DNA from: Accumulibacter sp.
Lineage (GTDB): Bacteria > Pseudomonadota > Gammaproteobacteria > Burkholderiales > Rhodocyclaceae
DNA: 44,897 nt
NCBI GenBank assembly: GCA_031279425.1
Contig: JAITIQ010000233.1
Coordinates: forward strand, 1 to 44,897
Direction of reading: 5' to 3'
The position numbers and the translations under genes are program-made. Positions 1 to 8,253 of the stretch are shown piece by piece; the first letter of the stretch is position 1; each line of letters starts with the position of its first letter. Below the pieces are notes generated by a model. That model made no database searches, had not been told where the DNA came from, and saw only the letters and a list, made by a program, of their open reading frames with translations.

Positions 1-729
1 TTCATGGCCATGTACTCGTTCGGGGAGAAGGTGAATACGAGCAAGAGTGCTAATGGCTATAACTGTACCCCTGCTGCTCCGCCCAACACTTGTTATGAAA
101 GTGCCGACACCTCCGACGCCGCCAAGTTGGCCCTCGGCGTCAAGTACGCCAATGGTCCGTTGTATCTGACCGCGTTCTACGAGGCGCGGGCTGATGACGA
201 CAGCCAAAAAACCTGGAATAGCGCTGCCAATACCGGTTTCGGCTCCAAGGGCTGGGGCATCGGCGGCGGGTATGATTTCAAGGTCGTCAGGCTGTACGCC
301 AACTACATTCGCGAACAGGCGAACAGTGGCGGACTGAGTAGCATGTCAGGCAATAGCGGCAGCGACAAGCAATCGTTCTGGACGGTGAGCGCCGGCATCC
401 CGGTCAGCAGCGCCGGCACGGTCATGCTCGAGTACGGGCAGTACAAGGACTACCTGAATACGCGTGTCAATTGCATGGGTACTGGTAGCTGTCGTGTTGT
501 CTCCAACGCCCCCGTCAATATGGGCGCCCAAGGAGGCAAGGCCAAGGGTTACATGGTGGGTTACCGGCATGGGCTGTCCAGGCGGACCTCGCTGTATGTC
601 TATGCGTCGCAATTCAATAACGACGATGGCATTGTGAGCGGTTGGGGCGCCAGTGGCACCAGCGTCAGGACGAACGTCCATGGCGAAAAACAGACCAACT
701 TCGTCGCCGGCATCGTGCACAACTTCTGA
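1..729 (+). CDS. Gram-negative trimeric porin (betaproteobacterial type), 5' truncated by window edge
   Basis: Amphipathic beta-strand motifs (ALGVKYANGPLYL, GIGGGYDFKVVRLY, YMVGYRHGLSRRTSLY) and terminal ..AGIVHNF beta-signal with C-terminal Phe. Confidence 0.9.
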   Translation, partial: FMAMYSFGEKVNTSKSANGYNCTPAAPPNTCYESADTSDAAKLALGVKYANGPLYLTAFYEARADDDSQKTWNSAANTGFGSKGWGIGGGYDFKVVRLYANYIREQANSGGLSSMSGNSGSDKQSFWTVSAGIPVSSAGTVMLEYGQYKDYLNTRVNCMGTGSCRVVSNAPVNMGAQGGKAKGYMVGYRHGLSRRTSLYVYASQFNNDDGIVSGWGASGTSVRTNVHGEKQTNFVAGIVHNF

Positions 730-750
730 TCCGGTTTTCCGGAGCAAAAA

Positions 751-777
751 ACGCGGGGCGCCTCGAGCGCCCCGTTT
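751..777 (+). terminator. Probable intrinsic terminator after porin
   Basis: Hairpin CGGGGCGC-ctcga-GCGCCCCG followed by TTT and preceded by an A-run. Confidence 0.6.
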
Positions 778-949
778 CAGGGTGACCCGCGGGAAAACGC
801 GGGTCGAACATGGATTGGCGCAAGAAAAGCGGAAAGCCGGGGGGCCGCGCCCGATGATCCCCGATGGCGCTCGCGGGCGCAGCTTGCGGACAGGCGGGAT
901 GGGTTTCCTTCCATTGGCTGCCTTTCGCGGAAAGGAATGCTCACAAGCA

Positions 950-1825
950 ATGGATCCCTTGTCGTATTTTGCCACGCAAAGCCCGATCACCGATCCGGGC
1001 GTCCATGGTTGCCTGTTCGCGGATTTGCCCCGGACCGTCCCGGCGCTGTCCGACGTCGTCCGGGGCCTGTGTCTGGCTTACGGGGAACGGCACAAATATC
1101 CGATTCAGAATGAGCGCCTTCTGGAAACCAATTCACGTCATGTCCAAACGATTCTTGGGAAGATCATCGCTCTGGACGATCGGCCCTTGATCGAGACGCG
1201 CCCTCCGGACAGACGCTTCATGGCTTCGTGCAGCGATTTTGTGAGTCTGCTCTGCGCCATGGCGCGTTTTCAAGGGATACCGGCCCGCAAAAGAGTGGGT
1301 TTCACGGCCGCCGGACCGGGCTTTTACCGTAGCCACGAAATAGCCGAATACTGGGATTCGCGCACCGGCCATTGGCGCCAGGTTGACCCGTACCTGGACG
1401 AAGCCGCGGTTTCGGCCAACGCCATTGTCTTCGGCCCCCATGATCTTCCTGCGGATCGGTTCATCCCGGCAGGCCAGGCCTGGCAAGCGTGCCGGAAGGA
1501 CCAGAGCGATCCCGGGATGTTCGGAAATGAGGAATCCCGGGGATTCGGCGTCATCCGCGCGAATCTGATATTGGATCTGGCCGCCATGAACAAACGCGAG
1601 TTGCTGAACTGGGACCGTTTTGGCTGGATGGAACGACCGTTCGAAGAGTTCGGCGAGGCGGAGCGGGAAATCCTTGACCATCTGGCCGAGATCCTCCAGG
1701 CCGGGGATGAGGCGTTCGCCGACTTGATCGCCCTGTATGCCCGGGAAGAAGGCTTGCAGGTTCCCCGGATAATAAGGTGCGACACTCCGCTGACTCCGCC
1801 GCACCAGGTCGAACTCATGGGGTAA
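950..1825 (+). CDS. Transglutaminase-like (Cys-His-Asp triad) protein
   Basis: SCSDFVSLLCAMARFQGIPARKRVGF ... HEIAEYW ... WRQVDP motifs; ATG 950 chosen over the upstream ORF extension. Confidence 0.8.
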   Translation: MDPLSYFATQSPITDPGVHGCLFADLPRTVPALSDVVRGLCLAYGERHKYPIQNERLLETNSRHVQTILGKIIALDDRPLIETRPPDRRFMASCSDFVSLLCAMARFQGIPARKRVGFTAAGPGFYRSHEIAEYWDSRTGHWRQVDPYLDEAAVSANAIVFGPHDLPADRFIPAGQAWQACRKDQSDPGMFGNEESRGFGVIRANLILDLAAMNKRELLNWDRFGWMERPFEEFGEAEREILDHLAEILQAGDEAFADLIALYAREEGLQVPRIIRCDTPLTPPHQVELMG

Positions 1826-1858
1826 TCACCGGAACTGATTTCGAAGCGGAGGAGGGAT

Positions 1859-3286
1859 ATGCCGCGAGAATGGGATGCGCTGAATCGGAAAACCATCGAT
1901 TTCCTGAAAGAGGGCAAATACCGGGAAGCCCTCGAGGCGGCCGATGAAGCCGTCGAGTTCGCGCGCCAGGCCGGAGATCAACGGCATCTCGCGGTGGGAT
2001 TGAACAACCTGGGAGAGGTGCGTCAGATCCTGGGAGACTTTGCGGGCGCGGAGAAGGCCATGCTTGCGTCCTTGGACGTCTGCAACAAGACCCATGGGCC
2101 CGAGGATCCGGAAACCCTCGCAGCCCTTCGCAGTGTGGCCATGATGTACGCCGGTATGGGACGCCATGATCAGGCCGAATCGCTGTTCCGGCGGGAAATC
2201 TCCGGCAGAGAGAAGCATCCATTCGCTGATCCTGCGGATCTGGTCTGGGGATTGCTTGGATTGGCGGAAAGCCTCCAGGCCCAGGGGCGAAATGACGAGG
2301 CAAGGCGTCACCTGGAACGGGCTGTCTCGATACTCGAAAAGTCATCGGGAGACGCAAATCCCGATCTGGGTTCCGTTCTCCTGCGTCTGGCGGGAATCCA
2401 TCAAAATGAGAAGCGCCTGGAAGACGCCAGGAATATTCTTCGCCGGGCACTGAGGATCTACGAAGATACGGTCGGTTCCGGACACCCCGCGTTCGCGGAG
2501 GCGCTAAGCAGGCTGGCGGAAAATTATCTGGCCGCGGGAATCCATCAGGCGGCGGAGCCTCTGCTGGAGCAGGCTGTTTCCATCCTGAAGGCTTGCCTGC
2601 CGGCGGACGATCCCGCGATCGCCCGCATCGCTGAAAAACTGGCGCATTCCTATCAGAAGACAGGGCAAAACGCGAAGGCCGGGCAGCGGCTGAAAGAGGC
2701 GGTCGCCATTTACAGAAAAGCTCTCGGAGAGGAGCATCCCGCGCTCGCGCAGGCCCGGAACAGTCTTGGCGAGCTCTGTTGGTCGCAGGGACGGACGGAT
2801 GAAGCCAGGCGACTCTTCGAAGTCTCATTGAAAGCCCGCGAGGCGGCGCTGGGACCTGCTCATCCCGCCGTCGCGCAGTCCTTGAACAACCTGGCCGTGC
2901 TTTTGGGCAACGACGGGCAATTCGCCGCCGCCGAGCCTTTGCATTCGCGGGCGCTGGAGATCAGGCGAAAGCATTTCGGCCGGAGGCATGTCGCCGTCAC
3001 GCAAAGCATGGAAAATCTCGCCGCGATCCATCAGGCGATGGGAAAGTCCCGGGAAGCGGAAGATCTTCTCAGGGAATCGGTGGCCATCTGGGAAGAGAAC
3101 ATGGGCAAGGATCATCCGTCAACAGCCCAGGCCTATTTCAATCTGGGAACGCTTCTGTTCGCGCGCGACAAGCATGAGGAATCGGAGGAAATGCTCTGGC
3201 GTTACAGAAGAATCATGGTTGGCCAGCGAGGAGGGGGAAAACATGCTGACTGTACTCATAGCGGAAAACGACAGCGAGCAACTTAA
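1859..3286 (+). CDS. Tetratricopeptide-repeat protein (kinesin-light-chain-like ~42-aa TPRs)
   Basis: Repeated LGxxHPxxAxSLNNLA units; GGAGGG RBS before ATG. Confidence 0.85.
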   Translation: MPREWDALNRKTIDFLKEGKYREALEAADEAVEFARQAGDQRHLAVGLNNLGEVRQILGDFAGAEKAMLASLDVCNKTHGPEDPETLAALRSVAMMYAGMGRHDQAESLFRREISGREKHPFADPADLVWGLLGLAESLQAQGRNDEARRHLERAVSILEKSSGDANPDLGSVLLRLAGIHQNEKRLEDARNILRRALRIYEDTVGSGHPAFAEALSRLAENYLAAGIHQAAEPLLEQAVSILKACLPADDPAIARIAEKLAHSYQKTGQNAKAGQRLKEAVAIYRKALGEEHPALAQARNSLGELCWSQGRTDEARRLFEVSLKAREAALGPAHPAVAQSLNNLAVLLGNDGQFAAAEPLHSRALEIRRKHFGRRHVAVTQSMENLAAIHQAMGKSREAEDLLRESVAIWEENMGKDHPSTAQAYFNLGTLLFARDKHEESEEMLWRYRRIMVGQRGGGKHADCTHSGKRQRAT

Positions 3287-4856
3287 GCGCGTTCTGGGTC
3301 TGGTCAACTGGGAAGCGTACGGCTTCAAGATCATCGGGCATCGCGGCGATGGCATCGGCGCGATGGAGATCATCCTCAAAACACTGCCCGACCTGGTATT
3401 CACCAGTGATGATTTGCCAAGGCTCAACGGGATAGAGCTGATCAACCGCGTTCAGGAACATGGCATCTCATGCGATTTCGTGATCATCAGCGAGACGGAG
3501 AGCTTCGCGGTCGCGCGCGAAGCCATGCGTCTGGGCGTCGAGGAGTATCTGTTCAAACCGTTGGACAGGAATGAACTCATACGCGTCCTGAAAAAATACG
3601 CCGATCGGCACCAAAGCGTCAGCGTCAACAGGCAGGACATCAATGAGCGCTTCCTGCGGACGAGACGATTATTGCGAAATTCCTTCATAGACAACCTGAC
3701 CACGCTTTCCGCTCCGGAATTATGTTCCATGGAACACTCGAACATGAAATACAACCTGCAATTCCGGAAGGGCGTCTTCCAGTCGGCGATCATCATGATC
3801 AAAGGCATGGCAGACAGGGAGAACGGCGAATTCTCCGTGTCCTCGATCGATGACGAGCGCGAATTCTTCGCGTCCTTGATCGATGACGCGCGCGCGTGCT
3901 TCGATCCCGTATGCTATGAGATGATCCCCTATATCAAGAAACACTCCAGGGTATCTTTCATCTTCAACTACGGCGGGGGCAGCCGCGCTGGCGAGATATT
4001 GCGCGAGCTCTACCCCATTGTGAAAGGGCACCTTGAGAAGTGCGGTTACAAAAACGCGGTCTTCTGCGTGGGGATCGGGTTGCCGGAGCATGATTTCGCA
4101 AAACTCGGACAGACCTTGGAAACCGCCGAGCGCGCCGTTCGCTACGGCATACTGCACGGCCAGAACGAATTGTATTCCTATGGAGATCTGAAATTCGACA
4201 AGCTCGCGAGCTCCGATATCCTGAAGCCCGCATTGCTTGACGACCTGAAGCGCAGCGCCGAGGCGTTGGACATCGGCAGATTCGAGCGCTTGATCCGTAA
4301 CGCTTTCGGTCCGGTTTCCTGCACAACCGATCCAGCGGTTCTTATTGATGTATGCCAGGCCGCCATTGAGGCGGTTGCCGATACATGCAAGACCGCCGGA
4401 GACGATACCGATGGTTTCTCGGGACGCAAGGAAATATTCGACCGCCTGGGGTGCGAAACCAGTCTGGCCAGCACCATATCCACCCTCGTGTCATGGGCGC
4501 AGAACCTGTTTTCAAGGCAGATCAAGGAACGCGAATACGCGCGCCCGGTAAAGATGGCGATGCGCTATGTGGAAGCCTGTTGCACACAGCCGCTGTCCTT
4601 GGAGCGGGTGGCGGAGCAGGTGCATCTGAACCCGTCCTACCTGAGCACCATATTCAAGAAGGAAACGGGACGGAACTTTTCCGATTACCTGATAAGCTGC
4701 CGAATCAATGAGGCGAAACGCCTGCTGAGAGAAAGCAACTTGAAAATCGCGCAGATCAGCTACGCGGTGGGATACACCGATAACAAGCATTTCAGCAAGG
4801 TTTTTACAAAATCGGTGGGAATAAAAGCGTCCGCCTACAGGACTTTGCACGGCTAG
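3243..4856 (+). CDS. YesN-like response regulator (atypical receiver + C-terminal AraC HTH)
   Basis: N-terminal receiver MLTVLIAEND..NWEAYGFKIIG..YLFKP; C-terminal AraC LSLERVAEQVHLNPSYLSTIFKKETG...VGYTDNKHFSKVF; RBS GAGGGGG before ATG 3243. Confidence 0.9.
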   Translation: MLTVLIAENDSEQLKRVLGLVNWEAYGFKIIGHRGDGIGAMEIILKTLPDLVFTSDDLPRLNGIELINRVQEHGISCDFVIISETESFAVAREAMRLGVEEYLFKPLDRNELIRVLKKYADRHQSVSVNRQDINERFLRTRRLLRNSFIDNLTTLSAPELCSMEHSNMKYNLQFRKGVFQSAIIMIKGMADRENGEFSVSSIDDEREFFASLIDDARACFDPVCYEMIPYIKKHSRVSFIFNYGGGSRAGEILRELYPIVKGHLEKCGYKNAVFCVGIGLPEHDFAKLGQTLETAERAVRYGILHGQNELYSYGDLKFDKLASSDILKPALLDDLKRSAEALDIGRFERLIRNAFGPVSCTTDPAVLIDVCQAAIEAVADTCKTAGDDTDGFSGRKEIFDRLGCETSLASTISTLVSWAQNLFSRQIKEREYARPVKMAMRYVEACCTQPLSLERVAEQVHLNPSYLSTIFKKETGRNFSDYLISCRINEAKRLLRESNLKIAQISYAVGYTDNKHFSKVFTKSVGIKASAYRTLHG

Positions 4857-5135
4857 AGCGTTTTCAATTTGGCTGGCTACATCCGCGCGCCCACCCTCGA
4901 TCCGTTCCCCCGGATGCGCCGGCTGGGGGCGGATGAGGGCGCGGCGATTCATGAACGAAAAGGACGTCCGGCCAGGCTTGGGCGGCGGCATGTCGATCAG
5001 GAACGGGGAAAACGGGGAGGCGGCACATCGGAACGGCAGACGCGCGTCGCGCCGAGAACCCGGAGCGAATCAAAAAATGATTCGGGCGCGCGCGCTGCCA
5101 TGTTCTTCCCGCGCCTGGGGCCGACGCGCGGACGG

Positions 5136-8100
5136 TCAGTGTTCCGCCGTCCGCGCCATGCACGCGGGGGTGCCGCTGTCGGCCCATGCCATCAAGTAGC
5201 TTTGGATGGCCGCGAGGTTGTCGGCAAGATTGCCGGGGTCCGTATTACCCAGCGCCAGAGCCTTGGCGTTGTCGCCTGTCCCCAATGCGCCAAGCATGGC
5301 GATGGTGTGTATTTCTTCACGGGAAGCCGGGGCGAGATCGTTCGCTTCAGGCATGGCGAGCAAGGATTCGGCTTCGTCGAGCATGGCCCGCGGGTTGCGC
5401 GCCGCGGTGGCCGCATAGACCCTCAGCAGCGCCGCCGCCACGGGGTGTTTGGCGACGGAAGCGGGCAGCCATGCGGGCGCGGGCGTCCAGACCTCCCGCA
5501 AATCCTCCGCGGGCAATACTCCGATGGAAGTTGCCAGCGTGGCAAGAGCGGCGCTCCATTCCTTTACCTGCGCGGGAGTGTCCAGACTGGCGGTTTGGCG
5601 CACGAGAGAAAGCGCGCGCTGAATGGAAATATCTGCTGGAAGGGCATTTTGCTTGAACGTGTCGTTCTGGCGTTCCTGAAGGATGGTGTCCGTGACTTGC
5701 AATGCCCAGGAACGCTTCCTGCTGAACACACTGATGCCTTGATCGATTACGTTTTGCGCTCCGGATCCCAGCGGTTTGCGGCAATCCAGCATGTCCAGCA
5801 CGGGTAAACCGTTGACCACCAGATTGGACAGGAAATCCGCGCTCTGTCCTTGATAACGCGTCCGGGGCGCTTCAAGCGCCACGCTTGGATAGTAATCCGA
5901 ATGGATGGCCGCGGAGAACAATTTGACATATTGCCGGATGACTTCCGCGCTGCCGATCCGGCGCAGGGCGATTTCGTCCGGATGGCCAAGTCCCACGCGG
6001 CTGAGTTCCGCGCGCAATGCGGTTTCACTCCAGGGGGCTTCTCCAAAGGGAGTGGAAAGTTTTCCTTTCGGCGCCAGGATCAGCATGTCGCCATCATTGA
6101 TCGTGTAAATCTCGGCGCCCGGGAACTCGCTCACCAGGGCCGCAAGCATGGTGGAAACCAGCGGGTCACTGATTTCATAGGTATGCAGCCATTGCACCAG
6201 CATGCCGTCTTCCCTGAGATGGCGTTTCATGAAACGATAGAATTCCGCGGTGAAAAGATTGGCGACGCCATTCACCCATGGGTTCGACGGCTCCGAAATA
6301 ATGACATCGTATTGGCGTCTGCCGGTGGAAAGAAAAGTGCGCGCATCGTCGATATGCACATGCGAGCGCGGGTCCTCGTAGGCGCGCGCCACCCGCGGGC
6401 CGAATGCCCGCGCGGCATCGTACATGACCTCTTCGATTTCGATCGTGTCCACGCTGCGGGGAATCGCGCTCCCCAGGAGAGTATGCGTGCTCAATCCCGA
6501 TCCCCAGCCGATGACCGCGATGTCCCTGGGGGCCGGGTGGGCGATCAAGGGCATGACGCCCAGCATGACCATGGTGATTTCATCCCCGGTGGGGGGGCGG
6601 TCGAAAGCGGTCAATGCGGCATCGGGTTTGCCATTGGTGATGATTGATAGAGATTTGCCCTGATGCAAAGCGACCGTGGCGGTCTTGCCGTCTTTCAGAA
6701 ATGGAACAGAGCTGTTTTCGTCAAAGCGCACTTCTCCGGTGCGAAATACCCCCGAGGCTTGTATGCGGGGGTCGACCTGTCCCAATTGTATGCTGATCCC
6801 CATGGCCAGCACCATGCAGGCTGCCGCGGCGACAAGGCTCGCAGTGACGCGGGCGGGGCTTAACATTCTCAATAAATACAGACCAAGCAGCGCGTCGATC
6901 AACGCGGCCAGGGTCAGCCCGAGCCGGACGCCCATGACGGGAATCAGCGTGTGCACCATGAGCACGACGCCGAGGATCGAGCCGAGCGTGTTGGCCGCGT
7001 AGACGCGCCCTATCGCGCGTTCATCGGCGCCCGCGCGCAGCAGCGCCATGGTGAAGAGCGGCAGGGTCATGCCCGCGAAAAACGCCGCGGGGAACATGAC
7101 GGCGAGCGAAATCAGCGCCGTCCCCATCTCGAACAGGGTATAGCCGTTTTCGGTGCGCGCCAGCCCCTCCATGATCCAGCCCACCCAGTGAAAGCTTTGG
7201 GCAAATACCGGAATGGACAGCAGCGCCGCCATGCCCATGAAAACCTGAGCATAGCCGACATAGGCAATGGGATCGGCGATGCGGCTGGCGCGGCGGCGTA
7301 TCCACAGGCCGCCGAAAGCCAGCCCGAGGATGAACGCGGTCAGCATCAATTCGAAACTGTGCAGGGAACTGCCCAGCGCCTGGTTCAGCATGCGCACCCA
7401 GCCGATCTCATACACGAATGAGGTCGCGCCGGAAATCGCGGTGGCCGCCAGCATGACGGGCGTGATGCGGCGGATTTCGCTGTTTTGCGGCGCGCCGCTG
7501 TCAGTAGCGGCGTCCGGCGGCGCCGCCGCGGGCGCGGACTGTCCTTCGTGCGCCATGCGGCTGACCAGCCATGCGCCCAGGCCGACCAGGATGTTGAGCG
7601 CCCCGGCGGTCATGACCGTGCCGGGCAGGCCGAGCGCGGGCAGCAAGGCGAAGGTCGCCGCGAGCGCGCCGAGCGCCGCCCCCAGGCTGTTGGTGAAATA
7701 CAGGCCGCCGAGCACTTCGCCATCCTGGCGCGGCGCGATGCGCAGATAGCCCGCGCTCAACAGTGGAAAGGTCGCCCCCAGGAGAAAGCTTTGCGGCAGG
7801 ATGAGGAGCGCGGCGGAAGCCCATTGATAGGCATGGGCCAACGCCGCGTTATCGAGCAGCGGCAGGATGCTTTCCTGCGAAACGTGGGTATAGCCCTGGA
7901 AAATCCCCTGGAAGGCCAGCCCGAGCGCGCCGATCAGCAATTCGACCCATGCGTAGCCGCGAATCAGCTTGTACCAGCTTCGGCTGCGGCGGCTGATGAA
8001 CCAGGCGCCAAGCGCCATGCCGCCCATGAAAATGGAAAGCACCAGGGTTTGCGCATACGCGGCGTGTCCCAGGGTCAGCCCCAGGTATTGCGACCATACG

Positions 8101-8186
8101 GATTGGTAGATCAGCCCGGCCAAACCGGAGAGGATGAATAAGAGCAGCAGGGCGCGACCGGAGGATTTGGGAGAAAGTGGCGGCAT
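5136..8186 (-). CDS. Fused multi-TM (MFS-like) / spermidine synthase-like protein
   Basis: Many TM helices (LSGLAGLIYQ, YAANTLGSILG) then SAM/dcSAM-type domain IGWGSG..IEIE..DDART..YDVIISEPSNPW; alternative TTG start 8213. Confidence 0.85.
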   Translation of the reverse strand: MPPLSPKSSGRALLLLFILSGLAGLIYQSVWSQYLGLTLGHAAYAQTLVLSIFMGGMALGAWFISRRSRSWYKLIRGYAWVELLIGALGLAFQGIFQGYTHVSQESILPLLDNAALAHAYQWASAALLILPQSFLLGATFPLLSAGYLRIAPRQDGEVLGGLYFTNSLGAALGALAATFALLPALGLPGTVMTAGALNILVGLGAWLVSRMAHEGQSAPAAAPPDAATDSGAPQNSEIRRITPVMLAATAISGATSFVYEIGWVRMLNQALGSSLHSFELMLTAFILGLAFGGLWIRRRASRIADPIAYVGYAQVFMGMAALLSIPVFAQSFHWVGWIMEGLARTENGYTLFEMGTALISLAVMFPAAFFAGMTLPLFTMALLRAGADERAIGRVYAANTLGSILGVVLMVHTLIPVMGVRLGLTLAALIDALLGLYLLRMLSPARVTASLVAAAACMVLAMGISIQLGQVDPRIQASGVFRTGEVRFDENSSVPFLKDGKTATVALHQGKSLSIITNGKPDAALTAFDRPPTGDEITMVMLGVMPLIAHPAPRDIAVIGWGSGLSTHTLLGSAIPRSVDTIEIEEVMYDAARAFGPRVARAYEDPRSHVHIDDARTFLSTGRRQYDVIISEPSNPWVNGVANLFTAEFYRFMKRHLREDGMLVQWLHTYEISDPLVSTMLAALVSEFPGAEIYTINDGDMLILAPKGKLSTPFGEAPWSETALRAELSRVGLGHPDEIALRRIGSAEVIRQYVKLFSAAIHSDYYPSVALEAPRTRYQGQSADFLSNLVVNGLPVLDMLDCRKPLGSGAQNVIDQGISVFSRKRSWALQVTDTILQERQNDTFKQNALPADISIQRALSLVRQTASLDTPAQVKEWSAALATLATSIGVLPAEDLREVWTPAPAWLPASVAKHPVAAALLRVYAATAARNPRAMLDEAESLLAMPEANDLAPASREEIHTIAMLGALGTGDNAKALALGNTDPGNLADNLAAIQSYLMAWADSGTPACMARTAEH

Positions 8187-8253
8187 GGGAAGTTCTGGAA
8201 ATTCGTGGTTCAAAGGAATTGTCAGGATTGGAATTGGCCCGGGTCGGCCTGAA

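Noticed and set aside
653-949. 5' extensions of ORFs (transglutaminase from 653, regulator from 2988, dksA from 13751, pnp from 16645, sppA from 42838)
   Set aside because: They overlap other genes, tRNAs or terminators and are low-complexity; downstream starts fit family N-termini and RBSs
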